Assembly: GCA_045651205.1 (NCBI GenBank)
Contig: JAZRSA010000050.1
Coordinates: 29,723 to 93,722, forward strand
Origin: Clostridia bacterium
GTDB taxonomy: Bacteria > Bacillota > Clostridia > TANB77 > CAG-465
Reading direction: 5' to 3'
Length of the DNA stretch: 64,000 nucleotides
A program made the position numbers and the translations under genes. A model generated the notes under the pieces. The model searched no databases. It was not told the origin of the DNA and saw nothing but the letters and a program-made list of their open reading frames with translations. This document shows, piece after piece, positions 49,849-60,645 of the stretch. Positions within the stretch are counted from its first letter, which is position 1. Each line of letters begins with the position of its first letter.

Positions 49849-51604
49849 TGCTTAATTCCTCCTCTGATAATTGTGAAAGTGCTATTTCTTTATACACTTC
49901 GCAGTTTTGTAATAATTCTTTATGTGTGCCTTGACCTACCATTACACCTTGATCTAGAACTATTATCTTATCTGCATTCATTATTGTACCAATTCTTTGT
50001 GCAACTATTATACTTGTTGCATCCTTTGTATATTCTTTAAGTGCTTTTCTAAGATTACTATCTGTCTTATAGTCTAGTGCTGAGAAGCTATCGTCAAAGA
50101 TGTATATTTCAGGATCACGAGCTATGGCTCTTGCTATAGATATTCTTTGTTTTTGTCCACCAGAAATATTTGTTCCACCTTGTGCTAATTCTGTTTCATA
50201 ACCTTCATCCATATTTTCTACGAAGTCTTTTGCTTGTGCTACTTCAATAGCCTCTTTAATCTTTTTAGGTTTCTTTTCGCCTTTACCATTATCTCCATAA
50301 GATACATTAAAGTTTACAGAACCATCAAATATTACAGCTTTTTGTGAAACATATCCTATTTTGTTGTTTAGGAACTCCTGTGAGTATTTTTTAACATCTA
50401 CACCATCTACTAATACAACACCTTCTGTTGCATCATAAAATCTTGGTATTAGGTTAATTAAAGTAGACTTACCACTACCAGTTGAACCAATAAATGCTAC
50501 TGTTTCTCCTTTTTCTGCTCTAAATGAAATATCTTTAAGTAGATACTCATCAGCATCTGGATATTTGAAACATACATTTTTGAATTCTACTGTTCCTCTT
50601 TCTTTAGTAGTGTTTTCTGTAAGCTCACCATCTTTTACAGTTATCTCTGTATCTAATACTTCATTTATTCTCTTAGCTGAAACTGCTGCTCTTGGTAGCA
50701 TAACAAATGTTACTGTAAGCATTAAGAATGACATTATTACTTGAGTTGCATATGTACCAAATACAACCATATCTCCAAATATACCTATCTTTCCAGCTAT
50801 AGGAGAATTCATAATTAACATTGCACCTATAAAATATATAGATAGTGTTACACCATGCATAACCATAGTCATAACTGGATCTAAGAATGCAAATGCTTTT
50901 TGGTTAGATAGTTGAAGATTTGTTAATTTTTTATTTACATCTTCAAACTTATCTTGTTGGTATTCTTCAGCATTAAATGCTCTAACAACTCTAATACCAT
51001 TTAAGTTTTCTCTTGTTACTGAATTAACTTTATCTATTAATTTTTGTACTATCTTAAATCTTGGAACTACTATAGCTATTAATATACCTATTGTTGTTAA
51101 AAGTATTGCAACTGCTACTGCTGTAGCTATACTCCATTCTGTACTCTTACCTAATATTTTAGATATTGCCCACGCAGCTGTAATTGGAGCTTTTACTATA
51201 TGCATAAGTCCAATACCAACTAACATTTGTACTTGACCAATATCGTTTGTTGTTCTAGTAATTAAGCTACTAGTTGAAAATTCTTTTATTTCATTTATAG
51301 AAAGATTACATACTTTATTAAATAATTTCTTTCTAATTTTCATTGAAAATGTTGCTGCTAAACTAGATGTTTGGTATTTAGTAAATACCATAAACATTAA
51401 ACTTCCTAATGCGCATGCAAGCATTAATGCACCATTTGTTAATATGTCTACCATCTTGCTACCTGCTGTTTGTACTAAAACAGTAACTTCAGACATATAG
51501 TCTGGCATTTTAAGATCTAAAAATACTTGACACACAACAAGCGCAATTATTAAAAATACACATATTAAATCTCTTTTATTCAAAACTTTTAATAATTTAA
51601 ACAT
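49841..51604 (-). CDS. ABC transporter permease/ATP-binding protein (heterodimeric multidrug-exporter type, subunit A)
   Basis: TMD plus NBD with GSTGSGKST, ISGGQKQR, IFDDSFSALD. Its 3' end overlaps the partner's start by 8 nt. Confidence 0.9.
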   Translation of the reverse strand: MFKLLKVLNKRDLICVFLIIALVVCQVFLDLKMPDYMSEVTVLVQTAGSKMVDILTNGALMLACALGSLMFMVFTKYQTSSLAATFSMKIRKKLFNKVCNLSINEIKEFSTSSLITRTTNDIGQVQMLVGIGLMHIVKAPITAAWAISKILGKSTEWSIATAVAVAILLTTIGILIAIVVPRFKIVQKLIDKVNSVTRENLNGIRVVRAFNAEEYQQDKFEDVNKKLTNLQLSNQKAFAFLDPVMTMVMHGVTLSIYFIGAMLIMNSPIAGKIGIFGDMVVFGTYATQVIMSFLMLTVTFVMLPRAAVSAKRINEVLDTEITVKDGELTENTTKERGTVEFKNVCFKYPDADEYLLKDISFRAEKGETVAFIGSTGSGKSTLINLIPRFYDATEGVVLVDGVDVKKYSQEFLNNKIGYVSQKAVIFDGSVNFNVSYGDNGKGEKKPKKIKEAIEVAQAKDFVENMDEGYETELAQGGTNISGGQKQRISIARAIARDPEIYIFDDSFSALDYKTDSNLRKALKEYTKDATSIIVAQRIGTIMNADKIIVLDQGVMVGQGTHKELLQNCEVYKEIALSQLSEEELSNG

Positions 51605-51730
51605 TTTTTACCCTTCCTCTTACTATTTTCAAATTATATGCTTTTAAGGTTAAAAAGTCAACGAAAACTATATGTTAAGACAATATTTCACATAAAGAAT
51701 AACCTAGTAGTTTCCTACTAGGTTATTTTA

Positions 51731-54700
51731 TTATTTTTCTGCTTCTCCATGCCATGGATTGTTTGGATTTGGATCAGTTGGATCCCAATTTCTATTTGCT
51801 ATATTATCTGATATTTTTGGCGCTGTAGGTTTTCCTAAAGGACCTGGAGTAGAACTATTATAAAATTCTACTGTAACACCTTTTTTAATGTTATCATAAA
51901 TCCATTTAGCATCTTCTACTGTAAGTCTTATACACCCCGCTGACGCTTTGGTACCAAGTTTATCATATTCCTCATACTTAAGAGTATCCGGAGATTTTTC
52001 TTTATATGGTACTGAATGAAATAATATATCTCCTGTTATTTGAGTACAATATTGTCCATATACATTGCCTACAAGTTTTAACCAATTCCATCTACTTTTT
52101 ATTGTATACTTTCCTTTTTTAGGTGTTGCAGTACCCGTAGAACAAACCATTGCTTTTATCGCTTTTAAATTAGCTGTATCTGGTCCTTTATATATAGTTA
52201 CTGTGTTAGCTTGTACGTTGATTTTTATATAATATATATCTTCTTTTATACTAAATTTTATTTCTTTTTTACCGGTATAATTTCCAATACCCGTTATTGT
52301 TATTAAGGCTGTTCCAACATTTATATTGTTACTATATGTTATGCTATAATCTACGCCTTCTACTAATTCATTACTTCCGTTTTTAATAACTAAATTAGGT
52401 TTTACTTCTTCACCTGTATACGATTGAGTATATATCACACTATATGTTAGATTAGAAACATTTCCTTTTGTTATATTATATGTTAATACTTTTTCACCTT
52501 GGAAGTTTCCTATACCTGTAACTTTAACAGTTGCTGTTCCTGGTTCAATGTTATTTTCATATGTTACAGTATAATCTGTACCAAGTTTTAATGTTTTCTT
52601 GTTATATACTAGTTTTAAACTTTGTTTTGTTTCAGAACCAGTATATGTTTTATTTACAAGTCCAGTTATTGTTGCTGAAGCTATACTTCTTGGATTTATT
52701 GTATATGTTAATATCTTAGTTCCAGTATAATTTCCTTTACCTTTTATAGTAATTGTACCAGTACCTGGATATACATTATTTTTATATGACACTGTATAGT
52801 GTGTACCATTTTTTAATGTTGTTCCATTATGTACCACCTTGACACTTGGATTTCTTGCTCCGCCTGTGTAGGCCATAGATGTTCCGTATGTTATATCTAA
52901 ATCATTTATATCTCTATCTACAATTTTGAAAGTTAATTTTTTACTTGATGTAAAATTACCTAATCCCGTTATTGTTACTGCTGCCGTTCCTGGATTTGTA
53001 TTATTTTTATATGTTAATTTATAATCCACTCCATTTTTTAATGTTATACCATTATATGTTAGTTCTAAGTTTTGTTTAATAGCTTTTCTTGTATACTCTT
53101 TATTTGCCAATCCTTCTACTATAGCCGAAACGATACTTCTTCTTACTATACTAAACTTAATCGTCTTTGTTCCAGTAAAGTTTCCAATTCCAGTGATTGT
53201 TATTGTAGCTGTTCCTGGTTTTGTGTTTTTACTATATGAAATAGTATAGTCCTTATCTTTTATTAAAGTGTAACTTCCATATGTTGCTTTTATGCTTGGC
53301 GTTATTGCTTTACCTGTATACGCATAACTTTTAATTTTATTGAACGTTACTGAACTTATACTTCTTCTATTTATTTTGTATGTTAATATTTTTTCACCCG
53401 TAAAGTTTCCTTTACCAGTTATTTTTACTGTAGCTGTTCCAATTTCAACATTATTTTCATATGTTAAAATATAATCTTTACCTTCTTTTAATGTCTTTTT
53501 ATTATATGTTAATGTTAAACTTTGCTTTCTTACACCACCTGTATATGCTTTGTCTGCAAAGCCTTTTATTGTTACTGAATTTATACTTCTTGGATTTATT
53601 GTATATGTTAAAACTTTAGTTCCGTTATAATTGCCTTTACCTTTTATTGTAATTGTACCTGTTCCAGGATATACATTATTTTTATACGATACTGTATAAT
53701 GTGTTCCGTTTTTTAATGTTGTCCCATTATGTACTACTTTAACACTTGGATTTCTTGCTCCTCCTGTATATGCCATAGAAGTTCCAGCTGTTATCTCTAA
53801 ATCGTTTATATTTCTATCTTTAATCTTAAATTCTAATTTTGTACTAGATCTAAAATTACCTTTACCTGTTACAGTTATTGTAGCTGTACCTGGTTTTGTA
53901 TTGTTTTTATATGACAATGTATAATCTACACCCTCTACAAGTTTTATTCCTTTGTACATAATTGTTAAATTTTGCTTTATACTCTTTGCGGTATAATATT
54001 TAACTTCTAATCCTGTAATTTCTGTAGATTTTATACTTCTTGCCACTATATTAAATTTAATTGTTTTTGTTCCAGAATAATCTCCTATTCCAGTTATTAT
54101 TATTTTACCAGTTCCAACTTTAATATTATTTTCATAAGATACTGTGTAGTCTACTCCTTCTACTAGAGTTTTTCCACCATATGTCGCTGTTATACTTGGT
54201 TTTATCTCAAAGCCTGTATATGCATAATCTGCAACTTTGTTATATGTAAAAGTAGTCACACTTCTTTTTACTATATTAAAATTAATTTCTTTAGTTCCAA
54301 TATAACTTCCTTTACCTGTTATAACTAAGGTAGCTACTCCTAATTCTTTGTTGTTTTTATATGTTATTGTATAGTCTACGCCATTTTTTAATGTAGTCTT
54401 TCCGTATTTTACTATTATTCCCTGCGTTATATTAGAACCAGTATATACTTTATCTACAACACCTGTAACAGTTGCATTGTTTATATCATAACCTATATTA
54501 TATGTTAATTGGGCTGTTCCTATGTATCCACCAGCAGTTTCGCTTCCTGTTCCCGTTATAGATATTGTATTAGTTCCCAGTTTGTTAGATGTAACTTGTG
54601 ACCAGTAAAAATCTTTACCCACTTCTAGTCTAATACCATTATGATAAATCCTAATATTATTTTCAGTTAAAGTGTTACCATATACAACATCTGATATTTT

Positions 54701-56245
54701 TTCAAAAGTTAAATTGTTTATATTTGTTGCTTTTATCTTATATGGTATATCTCTAACTCCAGAATAATTACCATACATTATAATAGAAACTGTTCCTGCT
54801 GCTTTTGATTCTATAACCGATGCATAATAGTTCTCGTTTTCTACTAATACTTTACCATTATGTTTTATAACTAGTTTAGGACGAATTCCGCCTTTTATAT
54901 AGTTATATTCTGTTTCTATTCCTTCTATTTCCAGTTCTGATATATCTACTGGTTCAATTTCAAAATGTTCTTCTAATGTACCAATGCAACTATTTATTCC
55001 TTTTACTGTAACATATACTGTTCCCGCATTTATATTGTCACTATATGTTAACGTATAATCTATTCCTTCTGTTAAAAGAATCTTTTCATAATCTGATTCA
55101 CCTTGATACGTATATACTTTTACTTCCTTTTTATGTTCTTCACCAGTATATTTAACAGAAGTCAAATCCACTTCCATTTTTCTTATATATACCGGATCAA
55201 TATAAAATTTAAACGCCGTTGTTCCTTCGTATTTACCAATACCTGTGTAAATTATTTCAGCAAGTCCTGCATATACATTGTTTTTATATGATACTGTATA
55301 GTCTCTACCTTCTTTTAGTGTTATATTTGTTCTAGTATATATTGGTACTTTGTATTCATGCGATTTAGTGTCATATGACACACTAGCTGGTCCTTCCCCT
55401 ATTTTAAATATACAATACTCCATATTGCCTTTTCCTAGTTCAAATGTTATTGTTCTTGTTCCAGCATAATTTCCCTTACCGGTTATCTCTATTGTCTTTG
55501 TACCAAACGATGAATTATCTATGGCACTTCCAATATAATCTACACCTTCATATATAGCAGTTCCATCTTCAAGTAATAAATAACCTTGCGTAGGGCCATC
55601 TGTAAATTCTTGCTTAGCTGCTATTTTCAAATTTTCTACATTCGAGCCTTTTATTTTAAACTCAAATACTTTAGTACCAGTGTAATTCCCCATACCATTT
55701 GCATATATATACCCATTTCCAGCATATATATTTACACCATAAGACAATTTATAATCCTTATCTTTAACAAGAACTGTATCTCCATTTTTAACAATTACTT
55801 CCGGTAGTTTTGGGTTGCCATCATATATATACTCTTCATCTTTATTTGATAATTCAACTGTAAACAATCTGCTTGCTTGACCTTGTATAATTTCAAAAGA
55901 TACATTTCTTGAACCTACATACTCTCCTATACCCACAACTCTAATTACGCCTTGTCCTACTTCAGTATTTGTTACATCTTCAATTATATAATCTTTGCCT
56001 AAAGTTAATATATTTCCATCATAACGAATACTTAATATTGGCTTAATTGCTTCTCCTGTATATTCATAACTATCTATCTTGTCTATTATTGTGTTATTAA
56101 TATCTATTAAATTTTCATATATCTCTTGCTTTGTTACTAAATATCCATATTTATTATATATACCTGCATTTACAGTATTTATACATACTACAAATGCCAT
56201 AATTAATAACAAAAATACTACCAACACTTTAGTTCTCTTTTGCAT
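51731..56245 (-). CDS. Giant surface L,D-transpeptidase: signal peptide, ~17 tandem ~75-aa Ig-like repeats, C-terminal YkuD catalytic domain
   Basis: Repeats of pattern YTG..IKP...V.Y.GKTL..G.DYT.SY.NN...GTA.V.I.G.GNY.GTK...F.I. C-terminal HSVPY...GTKASAGCIRL matches the L,D-transpeptidase His/Cys catalytic motif. Confidence 0.8.
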   Translation of the reverse strand: MQKRTKVLVVFLLLIMAFVVCINTVNAGIYNKYGYLVTKQEIYENLIDINNTIIDKIDSYEYTGEAIKPILSIRYDGNILTLGKDYIIEDVTNTEVGQGVIRVVGIGEYVGSRNVSFEIIQGQASRLFTVELSNKDEEYIYDGNPKLPEVIVKNGDTVLVKDKDYKLSYGVNIYAGNGYIYANGMGNYTGTKVFEFKIKGSNVENLKIAAKQEFTDGPTQGYLLLEDGTAIYEGVDYIGSAIDNSSFGTKTIEITGKGNYAGTRTITFELGKGNMEYCIFKIGEGPASVSYDTKSHEYKVPIYTRTNITLKEGRDYTVSYKNNVYAGLAEIIYTGIGKYEGTTAFKFYIDPVYIRKMEVDLTSVKYTGEEHKKEVKVYTYQGESDYEKILLTEGIDYTLTYSDNINAGTVYVTVKGINSCIGTLEEHFEIEPVDISELEIEGIETEYNYIKGGIRPKLVIKHNGKVLVENENYYASVIESKAAGTVSIIMYGNYSGVRDIPYKIKATNINNLTFEKISDVVYGNTLTENNIRIYHNGIRLEVGKDFYWSQVTSNKLGTNTISITGTGSETAGGYIGTAQLTYNIGYDINNATVTGVVDKVYTGSNITQGIIVKYGKTTLKNGVDYTITYKNNKELGVATLVITGKGSYIGTKEINFNIVKRSVTTFTYNKVADYAYTGFEIKPSITATYGGKTLVEGVDYTVSYENNIKVGTGKIIITGIGDYSGTKTIKFNIVARSIKSTEITGLEVKYYTAKSIKQNLTIMYKGIKLVEGVDYTLSYKNNTKPGTATITVTGKGNFRSSTKLEFKIKDRNINDLEITAGTSMAYTGGARNPSVKVVHNGTTLKNGTHYTVSYKNNVYPGTGTITIKGKGNYNGTKVLTYTINPRSINSVTIKGFADKAYTGGVRKQSLTLTYNKKTLKEGKDYILTYENNVEIGTATVKITGKGNFTGEKILTYKINRRSISSVTFNKIKSYAYTGKAITPSIKATYGSYTLIKDKDYTISYSKNTKPGTATITITGIGNFTGTKTIKFSIVRRSIVSAIVEGLANKEYTRKAIKQNLELTYNGITLKNGVDYKLTYKNNTNPGTAAVTITGLGNFTSSKKLTFKIVDRDINDLDITYGTSMAYTGGARNPSVKVVHNGTTLKNGTHYTVSYKNNVYPGTGTITIKGKGNYTGTKILTYTINPRSIASATITGLVNKTYTGSETKQSLKLVYNKKTLKLGTDYTVTYENNIEPGTATVKVTGIGNFQGEKVLTYNITKGNVSNLTYSVIYTQSYTGEEVKPNLVIKNGSNELVEGVDYSITYSNNINVGTALITITGIGNYTGKKEIKFSIKEDIYYIKINVQANTVTIYKGPDTANLKAIKAMVCSTGTATPKKGKYTIKSRWNWLKLVGNVYGQYCTQITGDILFHSVPYKEKSPDTLKYEEYDKLGTKASAGCIRLTVEDAKWIYDNIKKGVTVEFYNSSTPGPLGKPTAPKISDNIANRNWDPTDPNPNNPWHGEAEK

Positions 56246-56337
56246 ATTTTTTTCGCCCCTTTTTTCTATACAAAGATTATATCACTTTTTTATATAAATA
56301 CAAGAAAATATCTATCTATTTAATTTATATAAAAACA

Positions 56338-56366
56338 TTGAAATATATATGTTTTTGTAATATAAT
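56338..56366 (+). promoter_or_regulatory. Sigma-A-type promoter (TTGAAA-17-TATAAT) for serS
   Basis: Read directly. No T-box leader fits between it and serS. Confidence 0.5.
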
Positions 56367-56395
56367 AGATACATGAATTTTAAGGAGGAAAGATT

Positions 56396-57685
56396 ATGTT
56401 AGACATTAAATTCGTACGCGAAAATCCCGACATAGTTAGGGAAAACATTAAAAAGAAATTTCAAGATAAAAAATTACCTCTAGTTGATGAAGTAATTGAA
56501 TTGGATAAACAAGTACGTTCCTTAAAACAACAAGGCGATGAATTAAGAACAAGAAGAAATACTATTAGCCAATCTATTGGTATGCTAATGAAAGAGAAAA
56601 AGGTTGAAGAAGCCGGCTTAAGAAAAGTTGAAGTTGTTAAGATTAACGAAGAACTTGTACATATCGAAGAAGAAGAGGCTAAAGTATCCGCTATATTAAA
56701 AGAAAAAATGATGGTAATACCAAACATTATAGATGACTCTGTACCTATCGGTAAAGATGACAGCGAAAATGTTGAGGTTCAAAAATACGGCGAACCAGTT
56801 GTGCCTGCATATGAAATACCATATCACGCAGATATACTTGGTTACTTTGCAGGATTAGATAAAGAAGCTTCTGCAAGAACAAGTGGTAATGGATTCTATT
56901 ATCTTATGGGAGATATGGCAAGATTACACTCTGCTATGATTTCTTATGCAAGAGACTTTATGATAAATAAAGGATTCACATATTGCATCCCACCTTTCAT
57001 GATTAAATCTGATGTTGTAACTGGCGTTATGAGTTTTGAAGAAATGGGCGCTATGATGTATAAAATCGAAGGTGAAGATTTATACCTAATTGGTACTTCT
57101 GAACACTCTATGATTGGTAAATTCAAAAACCAAACAATTGATGAAAAAAACTTACCTTTAAACCTTACATCTTACTCTCCATGGTTTAGAAAAGAAGTTG
57201 GAGCTCACGGTATTGAAGAAAGAGGCGTATACAGAGTACACCAATTTGAAAAACAAGAAATGGTTGTGCTATGTTTACCAGAAGAATCTATGGATTGGTA
57301 TAACAAAATGTGGAGTTATACAGTAGAATTCTTTAGAAACTTAGATATCCCTGTAAGAACACTTGAATGTTGTAGCGGAGACTTAGCAGATCTTAAAGTT
57401 AAATCTTGCGATATTGAAGCTTGGTCACCAAGACAACAAAAATACTTTGAAGTTGGTTCTTGCTCTAACCTAACTGATGCACAAGCTAGACGTTTAGGAA
57501 TTCGTGCTAGAGGTGAAAATGGAAACTACTTCTTACACACATTAAACAATACAGTACTTGCTACTCCACGTGGACTTATTGCATTCGTAGAAAACAACTA
57601 TAATGAAGATGGAACTATATCTATTCCAGAAGCATTAAGACCATATATGGGAGGACAAGATAAAATTTATCCAAAGAATAAATAA
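56396..57685 (+). CDS. serS: Seryl-tRNA synthetase
   Basis: N-terminal coiled-coil arm and class II core motifs (FRKEVGAHG..., GSCSNLTDAQARRL). Confidence 0.95.
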   Translation: MLDIKFVRENPDIVRENIKKKFQDKKLPLVDEVIELDKQVRSLKQQGDELRTRRNTISQSIGMLMKEKKVEEAGLRKVEVVKINEELVHIEEEEAKVSAILKEKMMVIPNIIDDSVPIGKDDSENVEVQKYGEPVVPAYEIPYHADILGYFAGLDKEASARTSGNGFYYLMGDMARLHSAMISYARDFMINKGFTYCIPPFMIKSDVVTGVMSFEEMGAMMYKIEGEDLYLIGTSEHSMIGKFKNQTIDEKNLPLNLTSYSPWFRKEVGAHGIEERGVYRVHQFEKQEMVVLCLPEESMDWYNKMWSYTVEFFRNLDIPVRTLECCSGDLADLKVKSCDIEAWSPRQQKYFEVGSCSNLTDAQARRLGIRARGENGNYFLHTLNNTVLATPRGLIAFVENNYNEDGTISIPEALRPYMGGQDKIYPKNK

Positions 57686-57722
57686 TAACAATAATTATAC
57701 TAATATGTATTAAAGGAGATTT

Positions 57723-58304
57723 ATGGAATACTTAAAAAATGTTGAATTTGTAAAATCTGTATTTAATAAAAGTGATTTAATACGTGATGATTTACCTATC
57801 ATAGCAATGGTCGGTAAATCTAACGTTGGTAAATCTTCATTTATTAATACCCTTACAAATAATAAAAATACAGCAAAAGTTGGACAGACACCTGGTAAAA
57901 CAAAATGTTTAAATTTCTTCTTAGTAGATAAAAAATTCTACTTAGTAGACCTTCCCGGTTACGGCTACTCTACTATGTCTGAAAAAGAAAAAGAAAATAT
58001 AAACAAACTAACTAACTATTTTTTAGAGAATAACAAGAATATTAAACATATATTCTCACTAATAGACATACGCCATCTTCCATCTAAAGATGATAGAGCT
58101 ATGTATGATTGGTTAGTAGCTTTAGAAAAAGATTTTACAATAATATTAAATAAAGCAGATAAACTTTCAAATGCCAAAATTGAAGCTAGCATGAAAGATA
58201 TGACTAAAGCATTATTTGCTAAAGAAACTATGATTCCATTCTCTGCTGAAACTAAATTAAACTTAGATAAAGTATTAGATATAATTAAAGAAAAGATGAA
58301 TTAA
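57723..58304 (+). CDS. engB: Ribosome biogenesis GTP-binding protein YsxC/EngB
   Basis: G1 GKSNVGKSSFIN, G3 DLPGYG, G4 NKADK. ~190 aa. Confidence 0.85.
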   Translation: MEYLKNVEFVKSVFNKSDLIRDDLPIIAMVGKSNVGKSSFINTLTNNKNTAKVGQTPGKTKCLNFFLVDKKFYLVDLPGYGYSTMSEKEKENINKLTNYFLENNKNIKHIFSLIDIRHLPSKDDRAMYDWLVALEKDFTIILNKADKLSNAKIEASMKDMTKALFAKETMIPFSAETKLNLDKVLDIIKEKMN

Positions 58305-58448
58305 ATATGTTAAAAGCAACGGTTTAACCGTTGCTTTTACTTTAGCAATAATAAATAAAAAATGACACTCATTTGCATAAATGAGTGCACCTAATAATTT
58401 CTAGGTAGACATTCAATAAGCCAAACTGAATGTTCCCTATTATTCTTA

Positions 58449-58994
58449 TTACAAATTAATCATACCTGCCGAAAGTCTTTCATAACACTCTCTACATACA
58501 GGCATGTACCCTGCTTCTCCAACAAGAATATCTGAATCTTTTGGTCCAGAATAGTATGTATATATTGCTTCTTCACACTTACACACTTCGCATACTGATG
58601 TCATAAGCTCTATTTTATCTGCCATACACATTACTTCTCCCATTCTTCCAAATGGTTTTCTGTCAGATGTTAAGTTAAGTCCGGAAATATATATTCTCTT
58701 GTCCTTATTTGCCAGTCTGTTTATTGCTTCTAGATCTCCGTCTAAGAATTGGAATTCATCTATTACATAAACATCTGCATCATATTGTTCGATATCTTCT
58801 ATACAAGATATATTTAATGTATCTAACTCTTTTCCCGACCTTGTTACTATTTTATTATCTGCAAATCTATTATCTATTCCAGGCTTGAATACCATTATAT
58901 CTTTGCCTCTAATCTTTTGTATTGTTGCTGCTTCTATAGCTCTTTTAGTTTTGCCACACTTCATAGGTCCTGTAAATACATTAATACTTCCCAT
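58449..58994 (-). CDS. tdk: Thymidine kinase
   Basis: P-loop GPMKCGKT. C-terminal zinc-binding cysteines (CEVCKC...CRECY). Confidence 0.8.
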   Translation of the reverse strand: MGSINVFTGPMKCGKTKRAIEAATIQKIRGKDIMVFKPGIDNRFADNKIVTRSGKELDTLNISCIEDIEQYDADVYVIDEFQFLDGDLEAINRLANKDKRIYISGLNLTSDRKPFGRMGEVMCMADKIELMTSVCEVCKCEEAIYTYYSGPKDSDILVGEAGYMPVCRECYERLSAGMINL

Positions 58995-58998
58995 ATTT

Positions 58999-59727
58999 TT
59001 AACCTTCCATATCTTTATTTATATTATATTCTGTTAATACTTCATAACCATCTTGCTTGCTATATCTTAAATCGTATATTTTAAGCGCACACGTTGCAAA
59101 TCTTAATTCTGCCATTTTTTTATATGTTAAGTTTTGTAATCTCTTAGATATTAATTTAAGCGGATTTGCGTGAGTTACTATTACTATTGTGTTCTTTTCA
59201 TTTGCCGGAACAAGTATTTCATCTAAAAACTCATTAAGTCTTTTTTCTACATCAAAAATACTTTCTGAACGTGGAATAATATTCTCTAACTTCTTAATTG
59301 GCAAATTAAGCTTTTCTGAATACTCATTTAACGTTGCGCAGCGTCTTAACTCATTTTCTGGAACAAGTCTGTTTTCTAAATCTATCTTCTTCTCAGATAA
59401 TGTGTTGTATTCCGGAAACGCTTTTGCATCAGTTCTTTTCATTCCTTGAAACATACCATAATGACGTTCGTTAAGTCTTAAATCTTTTACTATTTTCCCT
59501 TTATAGTTAAGCTCGTCTGCAAATATCTTACCAGTATCATATGTTCTAGATAAATATGATGTATATACTTTATCTATTTTAACTTGACCTAGTAACATTT
59601 GTATATCTTTAGCAGCAGTAACTGGTTCTTTTCTTCCTTTAGCTGTTAAAGGATAATCTCTCCAACCATTTATTACTCCCTCTTTAATACCTTTGCAATC
59701 TGCATGTCTCATGAATATTAATCTCAC
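58999..59727 (-). CDS. Histidine phosphatase (phosphoglycerate-mutase-like) family protein, variant RHA motif
   Basis: N-terminal LIFMRHAD and C-terminal IVTHANPL. The canonical RHG is RHA here. Confidence 0.5.
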   Translation of the reverse strand: MRLIFMRHADCKGIKEGVINGWRDYPLTAKGRKEPVTAAKDIQMLLGQVKIDKVYTSYLSRTYDTGKIFADELNYKGKIVKDLRLNERHYGMFQGMKRTDAKAFPEYNTLSEKKIDLENRLVPENELRRCATLNEYSEKLNLPIKKLENIIPRSESIFDVEKRLNEFLDEILVPANEKNTIVIVTHANPLKLISKRLQNLTYKKMAELRFATCALKIYDLRYSKQDGYEVLTEYNINKDMEG

Positions 59728-59739
59728 GTTTTTTCCTCC

Positions 59740-60615
59740 TTATATTATAGAGTCCACAAATTCCTTTGCATCAAATTCCTTTATATCGTCTATTTTCTCC
59801 CCTATACCAATATACTTGATTGGTATATTTAATTCGTTTATTATTGAAAATACTACGCCACCTTTTGCAGTTGAATCAAGTTTTGTAAGTATTATTCCAT
59901 CTACACTTGTCTTATCGTAAAAAGCTTTAACTTGCTCTACAGCATTTTGTCCTGTAGTAGCATCTATTACCATTAATACTTCCGTATCAACAGCAGTAAT
60001 ATTTCTATCTATTGTTTTCTTTATTTTTTCTATTTCATCCATTAGATTTTTCTTGTTATGAAGTCTTCCTGCTGTATCACAAATTAATGTATCATATCCA
60101 CCATCTGTATACTTTTTAGAAGCATCAAATACAACTGATGCAGGATCTTGTCCATCTTTTCCTGATACACAATCTACTCCTACATTTCTTGCCCATATCT
60201 CTAATTGTTCTATAGCACCAGCTCTAAATGTATCTCCAGCTGCTAATAAAACTTTGTTGCCCATTTTCTTGTATAAATTAGATATTTTAGCTATTGAAGT
60301 TGTTTTACCAACACCATTAACACCAACAACTAATATTACATTTTTGCTTTTATCGAATTCTTTAACATCTTCTAATGTTAAAATATTTATCATTTTCTCT
60401 TTCAAAAGTTCCATAACATGTTCTTTTGATGTATCATCTTCTCTTTGCAAATCTTTTCTTAATTCATTACAAATTTCTGATGTAGTTTTCATTCCTACAT
60501 CAGAAAGTATTAATAGTTCTTCTATTTCATCTATGATTTCATCAATATCTTCATGTGATTTAAAAATGTTTGAGATTCCTTTTGAAAAAGCCTCTTTAAT
60601 CTTTGAAAATATCAT
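59740..60615 (-). CDS. ftsY: Signal recognition particle receptor FtsY (short Firmicutes form)
   Basis: SRP54-type GTPase motifs GVNGVGKTT, DTAGR, TKLD. Confidence 0.92.
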   Translation of the reverse strand: MIFSKIKEAFSKGISNIFKSHEDIDEIIDEIEELLILSDVGMKTTSEICNELRKDLQREDDTSKEHVMELLKEKMINILTLEDVKEFDKSKNVILVVGVNGVGKTTSIAKISNLYKKMGNKVLLAAGDTFRAGAIEQLEIWARNVGVDCVSGKDGQDPASVVFDASKKYTDGGYDTLICDTAGRLHNKKNLMDEIEKIKKTIDRNITAVDTEVLMVIDATTGQNAVEQVKAFYDKTSVDGIILTKLDSTAKGGVVFSIINELNIPIKYIGIGEKIDDIKEFDAKEFVDSII

Positions 60616-60645
60616 TTTTGCTCCTTATATTGTTTCGTTTATTTA

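Noticed and set aside
56246-56395. Possible T-box riboswitch upstream of serS
   Set aside because: The leader is only ~150 nt, with no T-box consensus (AATTAGGGTGGNACCGCG-like) and no specifier/antiterminator arrangement. Only a plain TTGAAA-17-TATAAT promoter is present.
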